A DNA stretch of 64,000 bases, from NCBI GenBank assembly GCA_041661005.1, contig JBAZVG010000001.1, forward strand, positions 479,515 through 543,514. Reading direction: 5' to 3'. Of this stretch, positions 35,825 through 45,156 are shown piece after piece. The first letter of the stretch is position 1; the number at the start of each line of letters is the position of its first letter. The notes under the pieces are model-generated. The model searched no databases and was not told the DNA's origin. It saw nothing but the letters and a program-made list of their open reading frames with translations. A program made the position numbers and the translations under genes. The DNA comes from Minisyncoccota bacterium. Lineage in GTDB: Bacteria > Patescibacteriota > Minisyncoccia > Phycocordibacterales > UBA9973.

Positions 35825-36976
35825 ATGATTCATAAAAAAAGAATAGTATACTTGGCAGGTTTTGTTTTTGCTTTATCGATAGCCTTGATGTCTTACATCA
35901 ATTCAAGCTTCATTTCTTCTTTCATCGACGAGAAACTGGTTGGACTGGTTTATGCCCTTGGATCAATTGCTTCGGTAATCGCGCTTTTAATAGTCCCCGA
36001 AATATTCAGGAAGATCGGTGGATATAAATTCCTCCTCTCAGTAATCGGGCTCAATGCGCTAGCAATCTTATTGTTTGCGTTTTCACAAAATGCTTGGAGC
36101 GCCATTGTCGTTTTCATCGCAAACTACACATTGAACATCTTGATCTTTTTCTCCTTAGATGAACTTTTGGAAATATTTTCAAAAAATTCTTCAACTGGAA
36201 AAACGAGAGGAAGTTATCTCACTCTCTCTAGTTTAGCTTGGATAATAGCGCAATTAGGATTGGGCACAATCTTGGGAGGATTTTCTTTTAGAATGATTTA
36301 CCTTTCCAGTTTTGTGATAATGTTGTGTCTATTTGCCATATCATACTTTGGTTTGAACCATATTCCAGAACCAAAATACGATAGAATAAATACAAGAAAA
36401 TATATCGGGGAATTTTTAAAAAATAGAAACCTATTCCGCGCTTTCAGTATGAACTTACTACTTCAGTTTTTTTATTGCTGGATGATTATCTACACACCGA
36501 TATATCTGTCTTCATATCTGGGTTTTTCTTGGAAAGAAATAGGCCTTACATTCGCTGTGATGCTTTTGCCTTTTATTATTATTCCATTCCGAATGGGAAA
36601 ATACGCAGACAAAGTGGGAGAACGAAAAATGTTAATGTGGGGATTTGGGATCGCGTCTATCTCGACCTTGTCTCTTTTTTATATTCACTCGAACGAAATA
36701 TGGATATGGGCTATGTTGCTATTCACAACTCGAATCGGCGCCGCAAGTATCGAAGTAATGAATGATATTTATTTTTTTAAACACATAAGACCTGAAAATG
36801 AAGAGTTTGTGGGAGTCTATCGTAGCGCGCCCCCCGTCGCATATATACTAGGTCCCCTGCTTGCCTTCGTAGTTTTTAATTTTGTTCCGTCTTTTAACTT
36901 TATCTACCCCATCCTAGGCACTTTTATGATGTTCGGAGTTTATCTCTCTTCCACCATCCAAAAGAGCGACATTTAA
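35825..36976 (+). CDS. MFS-type transporter
   Basis: About 12 predicted TM helices; 383 aa. Confidence 0.45.
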   Translation: MIHKKRIVYLAGFVFALSIALMSYINSSFISSFIDEKLVGLVYALGSIASVIALLIVPEIFRKIGGYKFLLSVIGLNALAILLFAFSQNAWSAIVVFIANYTLNILIFFSLDELLEIFSKNSSTGKTRGSYLTLSSLAWIIAQLGLGTILGGFSFRMIYLSSFVIMLCLFAISYFGLNHIPEPKYDRINTRKYIGEFLKNRNLFRAFSMNLLLQFFYCWMIIYTPIYLSSYLGFSWKEIGLTFAVMLLPFIIIPFRMGKYADKVGERKMLMWGFGIASISTLSLFYIHSNEIWIWAMLLFTTRIGAASIEVMNDIYFFKHIRPENEEFVGVYRSAPPVAYILGPLLAFVVFNFVPSFNFIYPILGTFMMFGVYLSSTIQKSDI

Positions 36977-36992
36977 AAAATATAAAATTATA

Positions 36993-37412
36993 TTATTTTT
37001 TGTTTTTTAGTAAGTGGCTTTTGTAAATCTTTTCTTTAAAAGGCTTCAAGCGCGCCATTTTTACTATCAGACCTTTATTTTTTAAGTCCTTTTTAAGATT
37101 TTGAACGTAGGCCTTTTGATCGTATCCTAAAGCTATAATATCAGGATGTTCTTTTATAATGTGAGGAATATGATTCTTGATTCCAGAGAGCACTGCTTTA
37201 TCAACCAATTTGCATTTTTTAACCAAAGCTAGCCTCTGGTTCTCATTTAAATAAGAGCTCTTTCCCTTTATTCGTTTTACATTCTTATCTCTTGCTATTG
37301 AAACAATTAAAAATGAAATCTGCGCAAGATTTTTTGCCTGTTTAAAAAAATCAATATGACCTTTGTGCAATCCGTCAAAGGTTCCAAAAACCATTATCTT
37401 CTTTTTCTTCAT
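36993..37412 (-). CDS. cytidylyltransferase-like nucleotidyltransferase (FAD synthetase/RibL-like)
   Basis: FGTFDGLHKGH (HxGH) motif. Confidence 0.5.
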   Translation of the reverse strand: MKKKKIMVFGTFDGLHKGHIDFFKQAKNLAQISFLIVSIARDKNVKRIKGKSSYLNENQRLALVKKCKLVDKAVLSGIKNHIPHIIKEHPDIIALGYDQKAYVQNLKKDLKNKGLIVKMARLKPFKEKIYKSHLLKNKK

Positions 37413-37421
37413 ACAGACTTT

Positions 37422-37456
37422 ATTACGTAATCTATTACGTAATAGATTACGTAATT
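37422..37456. repeat. three tandem TTACGTAA palindromes
   Basis: attacgtaat-ct-attacgtaat-ag-attacgtaat; a related array lies at 10601-10635. Confidence 0.5.
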
Positions 37457-38045
37457 ATTTAAAAGAAATACTTTCTATAACCACAGGGGTCGCAGGTCTG
37501 TCGGCAATACCGGGAAGCAGAGTCGGCACATTTTCAATTTTTGTAACTATATCCATACCGTTCGTCACTCGCCCAAATACTGTATGCTTGTCATCCAGAA
37601 AATTATTTGAAGCTACGTTAATAAAAAACTGGCTTCCATTTGTGTTCGGACCAGAGTTTGCCATCGAGATAGTTCCCGCATCATTTTTATTATTCTTGTT
37701 TACACTACCCAATTCATCGGGGAAACTGTATCCCGGACCTCCGGTACCCCAAAGATTAATCTTGGAATCGTCTTTCGTCAGAGGGTCCCCTCCTTGAATC
37801 ATAAAACCTTTTATCACTCGATGAAATTTAGTTCCATTATAGAAACCGTCTTTGGCTAACTTCACAAAATTAGCAACCGTATTCGGAGCTTGTGAGTCAA
37901 AAAATTCAATTGTAATATCCCCCTGATTTGTGTGCAATGTTGCATTCATGGTATTTTTCTCTTCTTTTGTACTGCTTGTTGCAGAAAACCAGATGCTTCC
38001 GATCACCGCAACAACACCGACTAAAATAATAATGTTCTTTTTCAT
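37455..38045 (-). CDS. ppiB: peptidyl-prolyl cis-trans isomerase, cyclophilin type (membrane-anchored)
   Basis: HTNQGDITIEFF...FHRVIKGFMIQGGDP and NGSQFFI motifs. Confidence 0.75.
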   Translation of the reverse strand: MKKNIIILVGVVAVIGSIWFSATSSTKEEKNTMNATLHTNQGDITIEFFDSQAPNTVANFVKLAKDGFYNGTKFHRVIKGFMIQGGDPLTKDDSKINLWGTGGPGYSFPDELGSVNKNNKNDAGTISMANSGPNTNGSQFFINVASNNFLDDKHTVFGRVTNGMDIVTKIENVPTLLPGIADRPATPVVIESISFK

Positions 38046-38049
38046 AAAA

Positions 38050-38970
38050 CTATAAATTCCCCGCTTCTATTATTCTAAGCCCTGTAGGAATAAAGATCGC
38101 ACCGATATTAATCTGCCCGGAAACATTAGCATAAGCTCTATGGCCATTGTTACCCGGAGAACCATCGCCTTCATCATCAAAATCTATCCCTACTCCAAAT
38201 GGAGCTCCCGATGATGCACTAAACCCTCTCAAAAATCCAACATAGTAATTAGCATCAATTTTGGAAAAAAAAGTAGCAAGTTCTCCGCTGGTCATTGGAG
38301 TATTCGGAGAATCTGTATACCAACATGTTGTAAATTCTACATAACGTAAACCTGAGCCATCTGTCGAAACAGTACATCGCACAGCCTTTGGTGAAACATT
38401 CTCTACTGCTGTCCAGCTAGCTACACCATTCGCATCAGAGGTGAGCACTTTTCCGGCACCAGCGCCGGTGGCAACTTGTAAACCAGTCGCTTTGACTGTT
38501 CCCACTACATCCAGCTTTGTGGCTGGCGCTGTTGTCCCAATGCCAACATTCGTCGTAAATATAAAATTAGAGTTTGCACCAACATTATAGATGCCCCATG
38601 TGCTTGCATTTGCTTGGTTAAATTTAAATCCGTTTCCATTGTTTGTAAACAAAAAACCGTTTGGACTATCAATATGCAACTTCGCCAGTGGATTCGTTGT
38701 GCCTATTCCCACATTGCCGTATTGAACGATAAGACCATTTGTTGGATTTCCTGTTCCAGCAACTAATCCTCCCCCTACAGTTAATCCCCCAGTTTTAGTC
38801 TGAAGTGTACCTGATACGTTGATCGGTGTATCAACATTGTTACCGGGCGGATTCGCTGTGGGACCACTCCAAGCGCCAAACACAACATAAGCATAACTGA
38901 CACCCACGGTCAGTATCAAAGCGAGGATTATAGATTTTATATTTTGTGTTACTTTTTTCTTCATAAACAT
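38050..38970 (-). CDS. secreted Gly/Thr/Asn-rich repeat protein (tail-fibre-like NVGIGTTxPxxKL repeats)
   Basis: Signal anchor; repeated GNVGIGTTNPLAKLHI / NVGIGTTAPATKLDVVG. Confidence 0.4.
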   Translation of the reverse strand: MFMKKKVTQNIKSIILALILTVGVSYAYVVFGAWSGPTANPPGNNVDTPINVSGTLQTKTGGLTVGGGLVAGTGNPTNGLIVQYGNVGIGTTNPLAKLHIDSPNGFLFTNNGNGFKFNQANASTWGIYNVGANSNFIFTTNVGIGTTAPATKLDVVGTVKATGLQVATGAGAGKVLTSDANGVASWTAVENVSPKAVRCTVSTDGSGLRYVEFTTCWYTDSPNTPMTSGELATFFSKIDANYYVGFLRGFSASSGAPFGVGIDFDDEGDGSPGNNGHRAYANVSGQINIGAIFIPTGLRIIEAGNL

Positions 38971-38991
38971 TTGGTTAAATTATTAATAGTT

Positions 38992-39303
38992 TTATTTACT
39001 CTGTTCTCGTGGCTCAATAGAATCAGATAGTTTCTTTAATTCTTGCGCGGTAAGTAGAGTGGTCGTAGTTGTGGGCTTAATGGAATCAGACAGTTTCTTT
39101 AATTCTTGCGCGGTAAGTGAAGTTATCATAGTCTTAGGTGTGATGGAATCAATAAGAGCTTGTTTTTTTTGTTCATCTGTAAGAGGAGAAGACAAAGGCG
39201 TGGCAGGCGGAGAGGATTTAGACTGAAAAGTATAATGAAAAATAAATGCCCCAGAAAGAAGGATAACCAAAATAAGCAAGATAATTTTTAGACTTTTCAC
39301 CAT
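38992..39303 (-). CDS. small anchored protein with tandem TAQELKKLSDSI repeats
   Basis: Approximately 60-bp tandem DNA repeats at 39030-39150 encode the peptide repeats. Confidence 0.35.
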   Translation of the reverse strand: MVKSLKIILLILVILLSGAFIFHYTFQSKSSPPATPLSSPLTDEQKKQALIDSITPKTMITSLTAQELKKLSDSIKPTTTTTLLTAQELKKLSDSIEPREQSK

Positions 39304-39376
39304 GGCTCAATTATAGAACAAAAGGGTTACTAACAGAAATTATCAATGTGGATAACCCCCACACCCTTCATTCTAT

Positions 39377-39931
39377 TTAATCTTCTTTCTTGTAAAAATG
39401 CGCCACTAGGACTACAGCTAGCAAGGCAAAGAAAATGGTCAGAGCAAGCATGGGGATTGAAATATATCCCCCGAATTCTGACACTAGGCGTTGATAACAA
39501 GACACACCGGATGCATCACAGGGCAATGATGATCCTCCGCCAAAATAATAAAAGAAATTTTGATAAACGGATATCACAAAACCGACAGCAAGGAGCGGAA
39601 GGATATATTTCACTATTTTGCGATCTTTATGCCAGATGGCTGAACCGAAAATAAAAGGAAGCGGAAACAGAAAAATTCTCTGAAACCAGCAGAGATAGCA
39701 TGGCAGAAAATTAATAACCTCCGAATAAACCAAGGAGAAAAGCGATGCAGAAAGGGAAAGGAGGAATCCAATCGGCAAGAAATACTTGTCTACATAACCT
39801 AAAAATTTATTTTTCTCATTTTTCTTTGAAACAAAAAACAAAAGAAAAAGCGCGCAAACTGAAAGTATCTGGAGAATTATTGCTCCCAGTCCGAGAAAAA
39901 CATTCAGATAATGCACAGCTTCTGTATTCAT
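39377..39931 (-). CDS. DsbB/BdbC-family disulfide bond formation protein
   Basis: PCYLCWFQRIFLFPLPF matches the BdbC/DsbB CxxC loop motif; polytopic membrane protein. Confidence 0.55.
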   Translation of the reverse strand: MNTEAVHYLNVFLGLGAIILQILSVCALFLLFFVSKKNEKNKFLGYVDKYFLPIGFLLSLSASLFSLVYSEVINFLPCYLCWFQRIFLFPLPFIFGSAIWHKDRKIVKYILPLLAVGFVISVYQNFFYYFGGGSSLPCDASGVSCYQRLVSEFGGYISIPMLALTIFFALLAVVLVAHFYKKED

Positions 39932-39943
39932 ATTTTTATTTTA

Positions 39944-40363
39944 TTACGGCAAAACGCTCGCCTCGCTGGAGCTTTGGAGAAGCGGGCAGGAAGTTTTTTC
40001 TGCCAATTGCGCAAGAGGAATTTCTCCATTTAGACGCGACCCGTCTATAAACTCCCAAGTCGGATAACTGAGGATCTTTTTATCTATGCAGGCTTGTGTC
40101 TGACCTTGTCCATTGGCAGTAGAACATTCTACGTAGGGCAGAAGTTTAGCGGACGAACCAAAAAGTTTTTTCTGCGCTTGACAATGCGTGCACCAAAAAG
40201 CGCCGTAAAATACTGCGCCCTTATCTTTCAAGCAGGTGGCAAAACTATCATATTTTCCGGGTCCTGCTGGCACATTGGCATTATTTGATCGAATTATAAC
40301 AGTCGCGATAACGCCCAAGACTAAAAGCCCAACTATTGAAATAAATATTTTTACATTATTCAT
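39944..40363 (-). CDS. thioredoxin-like thiol-disulfide oxidoreductase (anchored)
   Basis: YGAFWCTHCQAQKKLFG...PYVEC...YPTW. Confidence 0.5.
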   Translation of the reverse strand: MNNVKIFISIVGLLVLGVIATVIIRSNNANVPAGPGKYDSFATCLKDKGAVFYGAFWCTHCQAQKKLFGSSAKLLPYVECSTANGQGQTQACIDKKILSYPTWEFIDGSRLNGEIPLAQLAEKTSCPLLQSSSEASVLP

Positions 40364-40380
40364 GTTTAAATTATACTAAT

Positions 40381-40764
40381 TTAAAATATCTTTGGCAAAA
40401 AGATAATCAGTCCTACAATTATTGCCACAAACACAGACAATAAAACGGCTGCAGCCGCTACGTCCTTAGTGTCCCGAGCATAAGGGTGGTATTCAGGAGA
40501 AGTTAAATCTATGTCTATCTCAATAGCCGTGTTTAATGTCTCAGTGATGAAAACAAAACCAATTGCAAAGACAAGCGCAATCCATTCTAGACCGGAAACT
40601 TTTAAATAACATCCCAAAACTACTACAATCAGGGCCGACACTATGTGTATAAATAAATGCCTCGTTGTTTTAGAAACAACATATAGACCTCGAAAAGCGT
40701 TCAAGAATTTTTCCTTGTATTTCACCTCACGCCACGCTTTTTTTTCTTTTTGAGAATCGTTCAT
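40381..40764 (-). CDS. dgkA: diacylglycerol/undecaprenol kinase (DgkA family)
   Basis: ETLNTAIEIDIDL and TM organisation typical of prokaryotic DAGK. Confidence 0.55.
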   Translation of the reverse strand: MNDSQKEKKAWREVKYKEKFLNAFRGLYVVSKTTRHLFIHIVSALIVVVLGCYLKVSGLEWIALVFAIGFVFITETLNTAIEIDIDLTSPEYHPYARDTKDVAAAAVLLSVFVAIIVGLIIFLPKIF

Positions 40765-40768
40765 TTTT

Positions 40769-41146
40769 TTATTCAGTTTTTGGCAATTCACACCCGCTTA
40801 TTTTTGACAATTTTTCTAACCCCTGCTCCCCCACATATTTACCACCTTTTTCGTCTATCCAAGTCGGATAGCCTTCCACGCCTTTCAGTAGACACTGATT
40901 GGGATTTTCCGTGCATTCAACATAAGGCACATATTTGAAAGAATCTCCAAAACGCGCCTTTTCCGCCTTGCAATGGGAACACCACACAGCTCCATACATA
41001 GTTAAATTTTTCGCCGCTAGACACTGGGCAAAAACATCATATTTTCCTGAAGAAATATCTGGACCTCCTTGTCGAAGTATCGTCGTTGCGACCGTCCCTA
41101 AAACCAAAAGACCTATTATTAAAATGAAAATATTTTTTTGCGACAT
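40769..41146 (-). CDS. thioredoxin-like thiol-disulfide oxidoreductase (paralogue of 39944-40363)
   Basis: YGAVWCSHCKAEKARFG...PYVEC...YPTW. Confidence 0.5.
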   Translation of the reverse strand: MSQKNIFILIIGLLVLGTVATTILRQGGPDISSGKYDVFAQCLAAKNLTMYGAVWCSHCKAEKARFGDSFKYVPYVECTENPNQCLLKGVEGYPTWIDEKGGKYVGEQGLEKLSKISGCELPKTE

Positions 41147-41158
41147 AGTTTTATTGTG

Positions 41159-41662
41159 TTATTCTTTACAGCAATCGACTAACTTGCCCATGATATCGTC
41201 AAAAGTCATAGGCTTCTCTTTTTCCAAACTATTTTTCACATCCGGTATATTGATAATTTTTAATCTGAGCCCGAAAAATAAATTATATGCTTTATATGCG
41301 AAACTAAACATTTGTTTTGCTTCATCTGTTTTGCCATCTCCCTGCAGTTTAGTGCCGACTTCCATGAGTCGCATCGTGGTGGCGAGCAAGTGCTTGGATA
41401 TGCACCAGCTTTCACCCTCTGTCTTGTCTATCATGCGAGCCAAAAGAACTTTTCGCATCTCGCGCACTTCTCTCAACATATCATAATACTCGTCTTTGCC
41501 TGTTTTTGCCCCGGAAAAAAAGAAATGCTCTTCCAAGCTTATCAGATTCATCACAGCGATGCTCAAATCTTCCTCGGTCGACAAATCAACTCCCCTGTTT
41601 TCCTTCAGTAGGGATATCTTTTTTTGAAGCTCTTCGAAACTCATTAGTTTTAGATCAGCCAT
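41159..41662 (-). CDS. hypothetical protein
   Basis: 167 aa ORF; no recognisable motif. Confidence 0.3.
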   Translation of the reverse strand: MADLKLMSFEELQKKISLLKENRGVDLSTEEDLSIAVMNLISLEEHFFFSGAKTGKDEYYDMLREVREMRKVLLARMIDKTEGESWCISKHLLATTMRLMEVGTKLQGDGKTDEAKQMFSFAYKAYNLFFGLRLKIINIPDVKNSLEKEKPMTFDDIMGKLVDCCKE

Positions 41663-41689
41663 AAAATTATTTATATCTTTTTATATATT

Positions 41690-41793
41690 AATACTAAATA
41701 TTGTTGTTTTAAAAGACTTGGGAGCGCGACGGCGCGAGCACGAGGAATTTTTTAGCAAAAAAATATCCGTGCTTTTAAAACAACAATATTTAG
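41690..41793. repeat. 27-bp perfect inverted repeat enclosing a GC-rich 50-bp core (large hairpin)
   Basis: taatactaaatattgttgttttaaaag ... cttttaaaacaacaatatttagtatta. Confidence 0.6.
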
Positions 41794-41803
41794 TATTATA
41801 ACA

Positions 41804-42520
41804 TTATAATGAAAATATAATAAGACCAAATGCGATAAGAACAAGGAGCAAAAATACGCGAGCTTTTTTCGTCTCCAATCGGCGCAACTTGTCTATCTTT
41901 TCTATCATAACCTTGTTCGTGGCAAATGCAAGTATGAGAATGAGTGGCGACACGAAAACGATGTTATAAATAATCAAATACCAGAAACCTTTCCAGAAAC
42001 TCGCATAATCATGAAGCAGTGTCAGAACAAAGAGGTATGGTCCGCCGGTGCATGGAAATTCGAACAAGGCAACCAAGGCGCCCAAAAAGAAAAAAGCTGG
42101 AATGGAACCCTTGCTGATCACTCTCGCGATGGTCGAATGCGAGCTTTCTGGAATTTTTAATTTAATCGGAAAATTTGGGTAAAATTCATTTATCAAACCA
42201 ATGAAGCTGTAAATGAGCAGTATCGATGCCCCCACTTTCGCCATGATGTTTGGCACATTTAAAAAGCTGAGGGCTTGGAGAGCTCCCAGCCCTATCAATG
42301 TGTAGACTATGGCAATAGCCAAAATGTATACACCCCCCGATAACAAGACAAACTTTCTATTCTTCCCGAGACTGAATAAAAAAGTAATGGTCAAAAATAA
42401 TACGGATATTGCGCAAGGGTTGATGCTGTCTATTAAAGCCGAAACCATGATAGCTGGCAAAAAGAATCCCTGCGCGTTAGTAGCTAAATAACTTGAAAAC
42501 ATTATAGAATAATAGCACAA
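41804..42520 (-). CDS. ccdA: CcdA/DsbD-family thiol-disulfide transporter membrane protein
   Basis: SALIDSINPCAISVLFL motif and 6 or more TM helices. Confidence 0.5.
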   Translation of the reverse strand: MCYYSIMFSSYLATNAQGFFLPAIMVSALIDSINPCAISVLFLTITFLFSLGKNRKFVLLSGGVYILAIAIVYTLIGLGALQALSFLNVPNIMAKVGASILLIYSFIGLINEFYPNFPIKLKIPESSHSTIARVISKGSIPAFFFLGALVALFEFPCTGGPYLFVLTLLHDYASFWKGFWYLIIYNIVFVSPLILILAFATNKVMIEKIDKLRRLETKKARVFLLLVLIAFGLIIFSL

Positions 42521-42550
42521 ATAATTTTGAAAACAAAAATTATTTAATAC

Positions 42551-43699
42551 TTACTGATACTGAATATAAACAGGCTGTGGGTTTAATTTCAGTAAATCAT
42601 CTGGCGTCATTAGAACAGTACCGGGGGTTAAAACATCGTTTTTGTAAAACAATTTAAAACCGGTAAACTGGACTGGTTCTTTGTAGATAAATTGCTGATA
42701 GGTATTTCTTTTTTTCGCCGCTCCGCCCCAACCATCCATATGCATGACTATCTGCACTTCAGGTAAAGGTTTTATTTCTTGATAATTCGTAATCATCTTT
42801 TGGGTATAACGATGAACTATCAAAATCTTTGGGGGGAGGTTGTTTTCTTTGATAATCCTAGCCAAAAAATTGGCTGCAAAATTCAAATCCCCTGCATCAT
42901 AGGTGCCCACGACTTTCCCCGGTCTTATCCCATATTTCATAGAAAATTCAGCATCGACTCCTAGATGCACATTCGGCAATTTAAAATATTTTTCAAGTCT
43001 AGGCAATTCGGATTCTAATGTGCTAAAGCCAACTTGCAAATCCAAAAAAACGATGGCGTTTATTTTGTCTGCTATTGCTAGCACTTTGTCTATCTCACTG
43101 TCTGGCATGCGAGCTCTGTATTTTCCGTCCACCCCGGGACTGCCTTGCGCCACCACCGCAATATAATGGAGCGCTGGAATAACCGGAGTAGACGGATCCG
43201 CCACTTCCCATTTTTTTACTTCTACATCTAACCTGGCAAGCATTTCATCTTCCGGATATTCACCGAGCACTCCCATTTTTTTTGAATATAAATTTCCGTA
43301 ATAAGCAATGATGCGTTTGAAGGGAAGAATCGCCCCAGCGTTAGGATAGACAGTTTTGACTGGCCAGAGGTGTGACCTGATCGGCTGTGGATCAAGGAGA
43401 ACTTTAGTTGTCTTAGTTATCGTTTTACCGTTTTCATCTATTTCAGTAGTCTTAACGGTATTGTAAACAATGGGGTCAGGCGGATTGTTGGCTATTTCAT
43501 TTAACTTTTTGTCGTAGGCCATGGTATCAAGCGGAAGAATAACAGGTGTTGCAGGCTTTTCTTTATTCACTGTTTCTTCACTTCTCACATAAGACGCTCC
43601 AGTGCTAAAAAATTCTGGAAATACAAAAAGAGAAACAGAAAACGCAAGTACGCAAATTAGAAATATCCAAAAGATATTTTTTTTCATTATTTTAACCAC
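42551..43699 (-). CDS. exported hypothetical protein
   Basis: Signal peptide; 382 aa; no confident domain. Confidence 0.35.
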   Translation of the reverse strand: MVKIMKKNIFWIFLICVLAFSVSLFVFPEFFSTGASYVRSEETVNKEKPATPVILPLDTMAYDKKLNEIANNPPDPIVYNTVKTTEIDENGKTITKTTKVLLDPQPIRSHLWPVKTVYPNAGAILPFKRIIAYYGNLYSKKMGVLGEYPEDEMLARLDVEVKKWEVADPSTPVIPALHYIAVVAQGSPGVDGKYRARMPDSEIDKVLAIADKINAIVFLDLQVGFSTLESELPRLEKYFKLPNVHLGVDAEFSMKYGIRPGKVVGTYDAGDLNFAANFLARIIKENNLPPKILIVHRYTQKMITNYQEIKPLPEVQIVMHMDGWGGAAKKRNTYQQFIYKEPVQFTGFKLFYKNDVLTPGTVLMTPDDLLKLNPQPVYIQYQ

Positions 43700-43763
43700 T
43701 AAGGCATCATAGCAGAATTTGGACTAAATCTACAATTTGATAAAAGGTGATTTTTGTATTATT

Positions 43764-43836
43764 GTACTTAGATTGGGAGATCGTCTAACGGTAGGACCGC
43801 GCCCTCTGGAGGCGTGTATCTTGGTTCGAATCCAAG
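43764..43836 (+). tRNA. tRNA-Gln(CUG)
   Basis: U1-A72 acceptor TGGGAGA/TCTCCCA, anticodon loop CTCTGGA, T-loop TTCGAAT, G73 and CC. Confidence 0.8.
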
Positions 43837-43933
43837 TCTCCCAGCCTTGTGGATAAAAAGGTAGTCGTTGACTTTTGGACCTGAATACGCTATCATCTTG
43901 TAGTCAAAGGTTTTTTGGCACTATTTACACCAA

Positions 43934-44437
43934 TTGCGTGAAAGAATAAACAACCAAATACGAGCAACAGAACTTCGGGTTTTAGACAGTGAAAATAAAA
44001 ATCTCGGTGTTTTAAGCATAAAAGACGCTTTAGAACTGGCTCAAAATCAAGGCTTGGATTTGATTGAGATAGGTCCGAACGCTAACCCTCCATTAGCAAA
44101 AATAATGGATTTTGGAAAATATAAATATGAGGCAAGCAAGAAATTGAAGAAACAGAAAGGTGGCGCCAAGCAGACAGAGACCAAAGGAATCCAGATTAAA
44201 ATAGGCACTGGAGATCATGATCTGGAGCTGAAGGCCAAAAGCGCTTCCAAATGGTTGAAAGAAGGACATCGGGTGAAAGTTGAACTTTTCCTCGCTGGAC
44301 GCGCAAAGTATATGGATGAAAAATTTTTAAGAGAGCGTTTAGATAGAGTTCTTCATTTAATCACTGAAGATTACAAAATATCGGATGCATACAAAAAAGG
44401 ACCGAAGGGTTTGACGACAACAATAGAGAGAAAATAA
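43934..44437 (+). CDS. infC: translation initiation factor IF-3
   Basis: INNQIRATELRVLDSENKNLGVLSIKDALELAQNQGLDLIEI. Confidence 0.75.
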   Translation: MRERINNQIRATELRVLDSENKNLGVLSIKDALELAQNQGLDLIEIGPNANPPLAKIMDFGKYKYEASKKLKKQKGGAKQTETKGIQIKIGTGDHDLELKAKSASKWLKEGHRVKVELFLAGRAKYMDEKFLRERLDRVLHLITEDYKISDAYKKGPKGLTTTIERK

Positions 44438-44447
44438 TTCAACAACA

Positions 44448-44633
44448 ATGAAAACAAATAAATCATTTTCAAAAAGATTAAAAGTCACAAAGAATGGAAA
44501 GATACTCTCGCGCAAGCCGGGTTTTAATCATTTCAATGCGAAACAATCACGAACAAGACAGCTTGCCGGAAAAAAAGGTCAGAATTTCGTTATTAAAAAT
44601 AAACCAAAAAGTCACCTATTACCATTTAATTAA
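44448..44633 (+). CDS. rpmI: 50S ribosomal protein L35
   Basis: Basic 61-aa protein with MKTNKSFSKRLKVTKNGKI; in the infC-rpmI-rplT context. Confidence 0.65.
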   Translation: MKTNKSFSKRLKVTKNGKILSRKPGFNHFNAKQSRTRQLAGKKGQNFVIKNKPKSHLLPFN

Positions 44634-44696
44634 ACCTCTCCCCAACCCCTCTCCTTATCAAGGAGAGGGGCGAAGGGGTGAGGTGAATCAGATTTT

Positions 44697-45041
44697 ATGA
44701 CCAGAGTAAAAAAGGGAGTACATGCATTAAAAAGAAGAAGAAGTGTTTTAAAACAAACTAAAGGTTTTCGCCATGGCCGAAGCACCAAAGAACGCCAAGC
44801 AAAAGACGCGCTGTTGCACGCCGGAAATTATTCTTTTGCGCACAGGAAAGACAAAAAATCCCACAACAGAAAACTCTGGAACATAAAAATAAACGCAGGC
44901 GCGCGCGAACTTGGCATGACTTATTCGAAATTGATGGGAGCGCTTTCAAAAAAGAAAAACTTACTTGACCGAAAAATTCTCGCAGACTTAGCCGAACATC
45001 ATCCGTCAACTTTTGCTAAAGTTTTGGAATCGGTAAAATAA
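44697..45041 (+). CDS. rplT: 50S ribosomal protein L20
   Basis: MTRVKKGVHALKRRRSVLKQTKGFRHGRS. Confidence 0.8.
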   Translation: MTRVKKGVHALKRRRSVLKQTKGFRHGRSTKERQAKDALLHAGNYSFAHRKDKKSHNRKLWNIKINAGARELGMTYSKLMGALSKKKNLLDRKILADLAEHHPSTFAKVLESVK

Positions 45042-45053
45042 TCTAAAAAAATA

Positions 45054-45140
45054 AAACATAACTTTTGAAGGGGTTTCGAGGCTGACGAGCCGAGAACTTC
45101 AGGATTTTTTAAACTTCAAAAAATCCGTACCGGAAAAAGC
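45054..45140. mobile_element. MITE-like palindromic element copy 1 (about 90 bp)
   Basis: Core aacttttgaaggggtttcgaggctgacgagccgagaacttcaggattttttaaacttcaaaaaatccgtaccggaaaaag with terminal inverted repeats cataactttt/aaaagctatg. Confidence 0.6.
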
Positions 45141-45156
45141 TATGTTTTATTTTTTT

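Noticed and set aside
39030-39150. Tandem 60-bp repeats resembling a repeat array
   Set aside because: They are inside a coding region and encode TAQELKKLSDSI peptide repeats. There are no spacers and no cas genes, so this is not CRISPR.
45070-45095. Hammerhead-ribozyme-like CUGACGAG...GAA inside the MITE core
   Set aside because: No helix II or helix III partners and no GAAA core in the right register, so the resemblance is coincidental.
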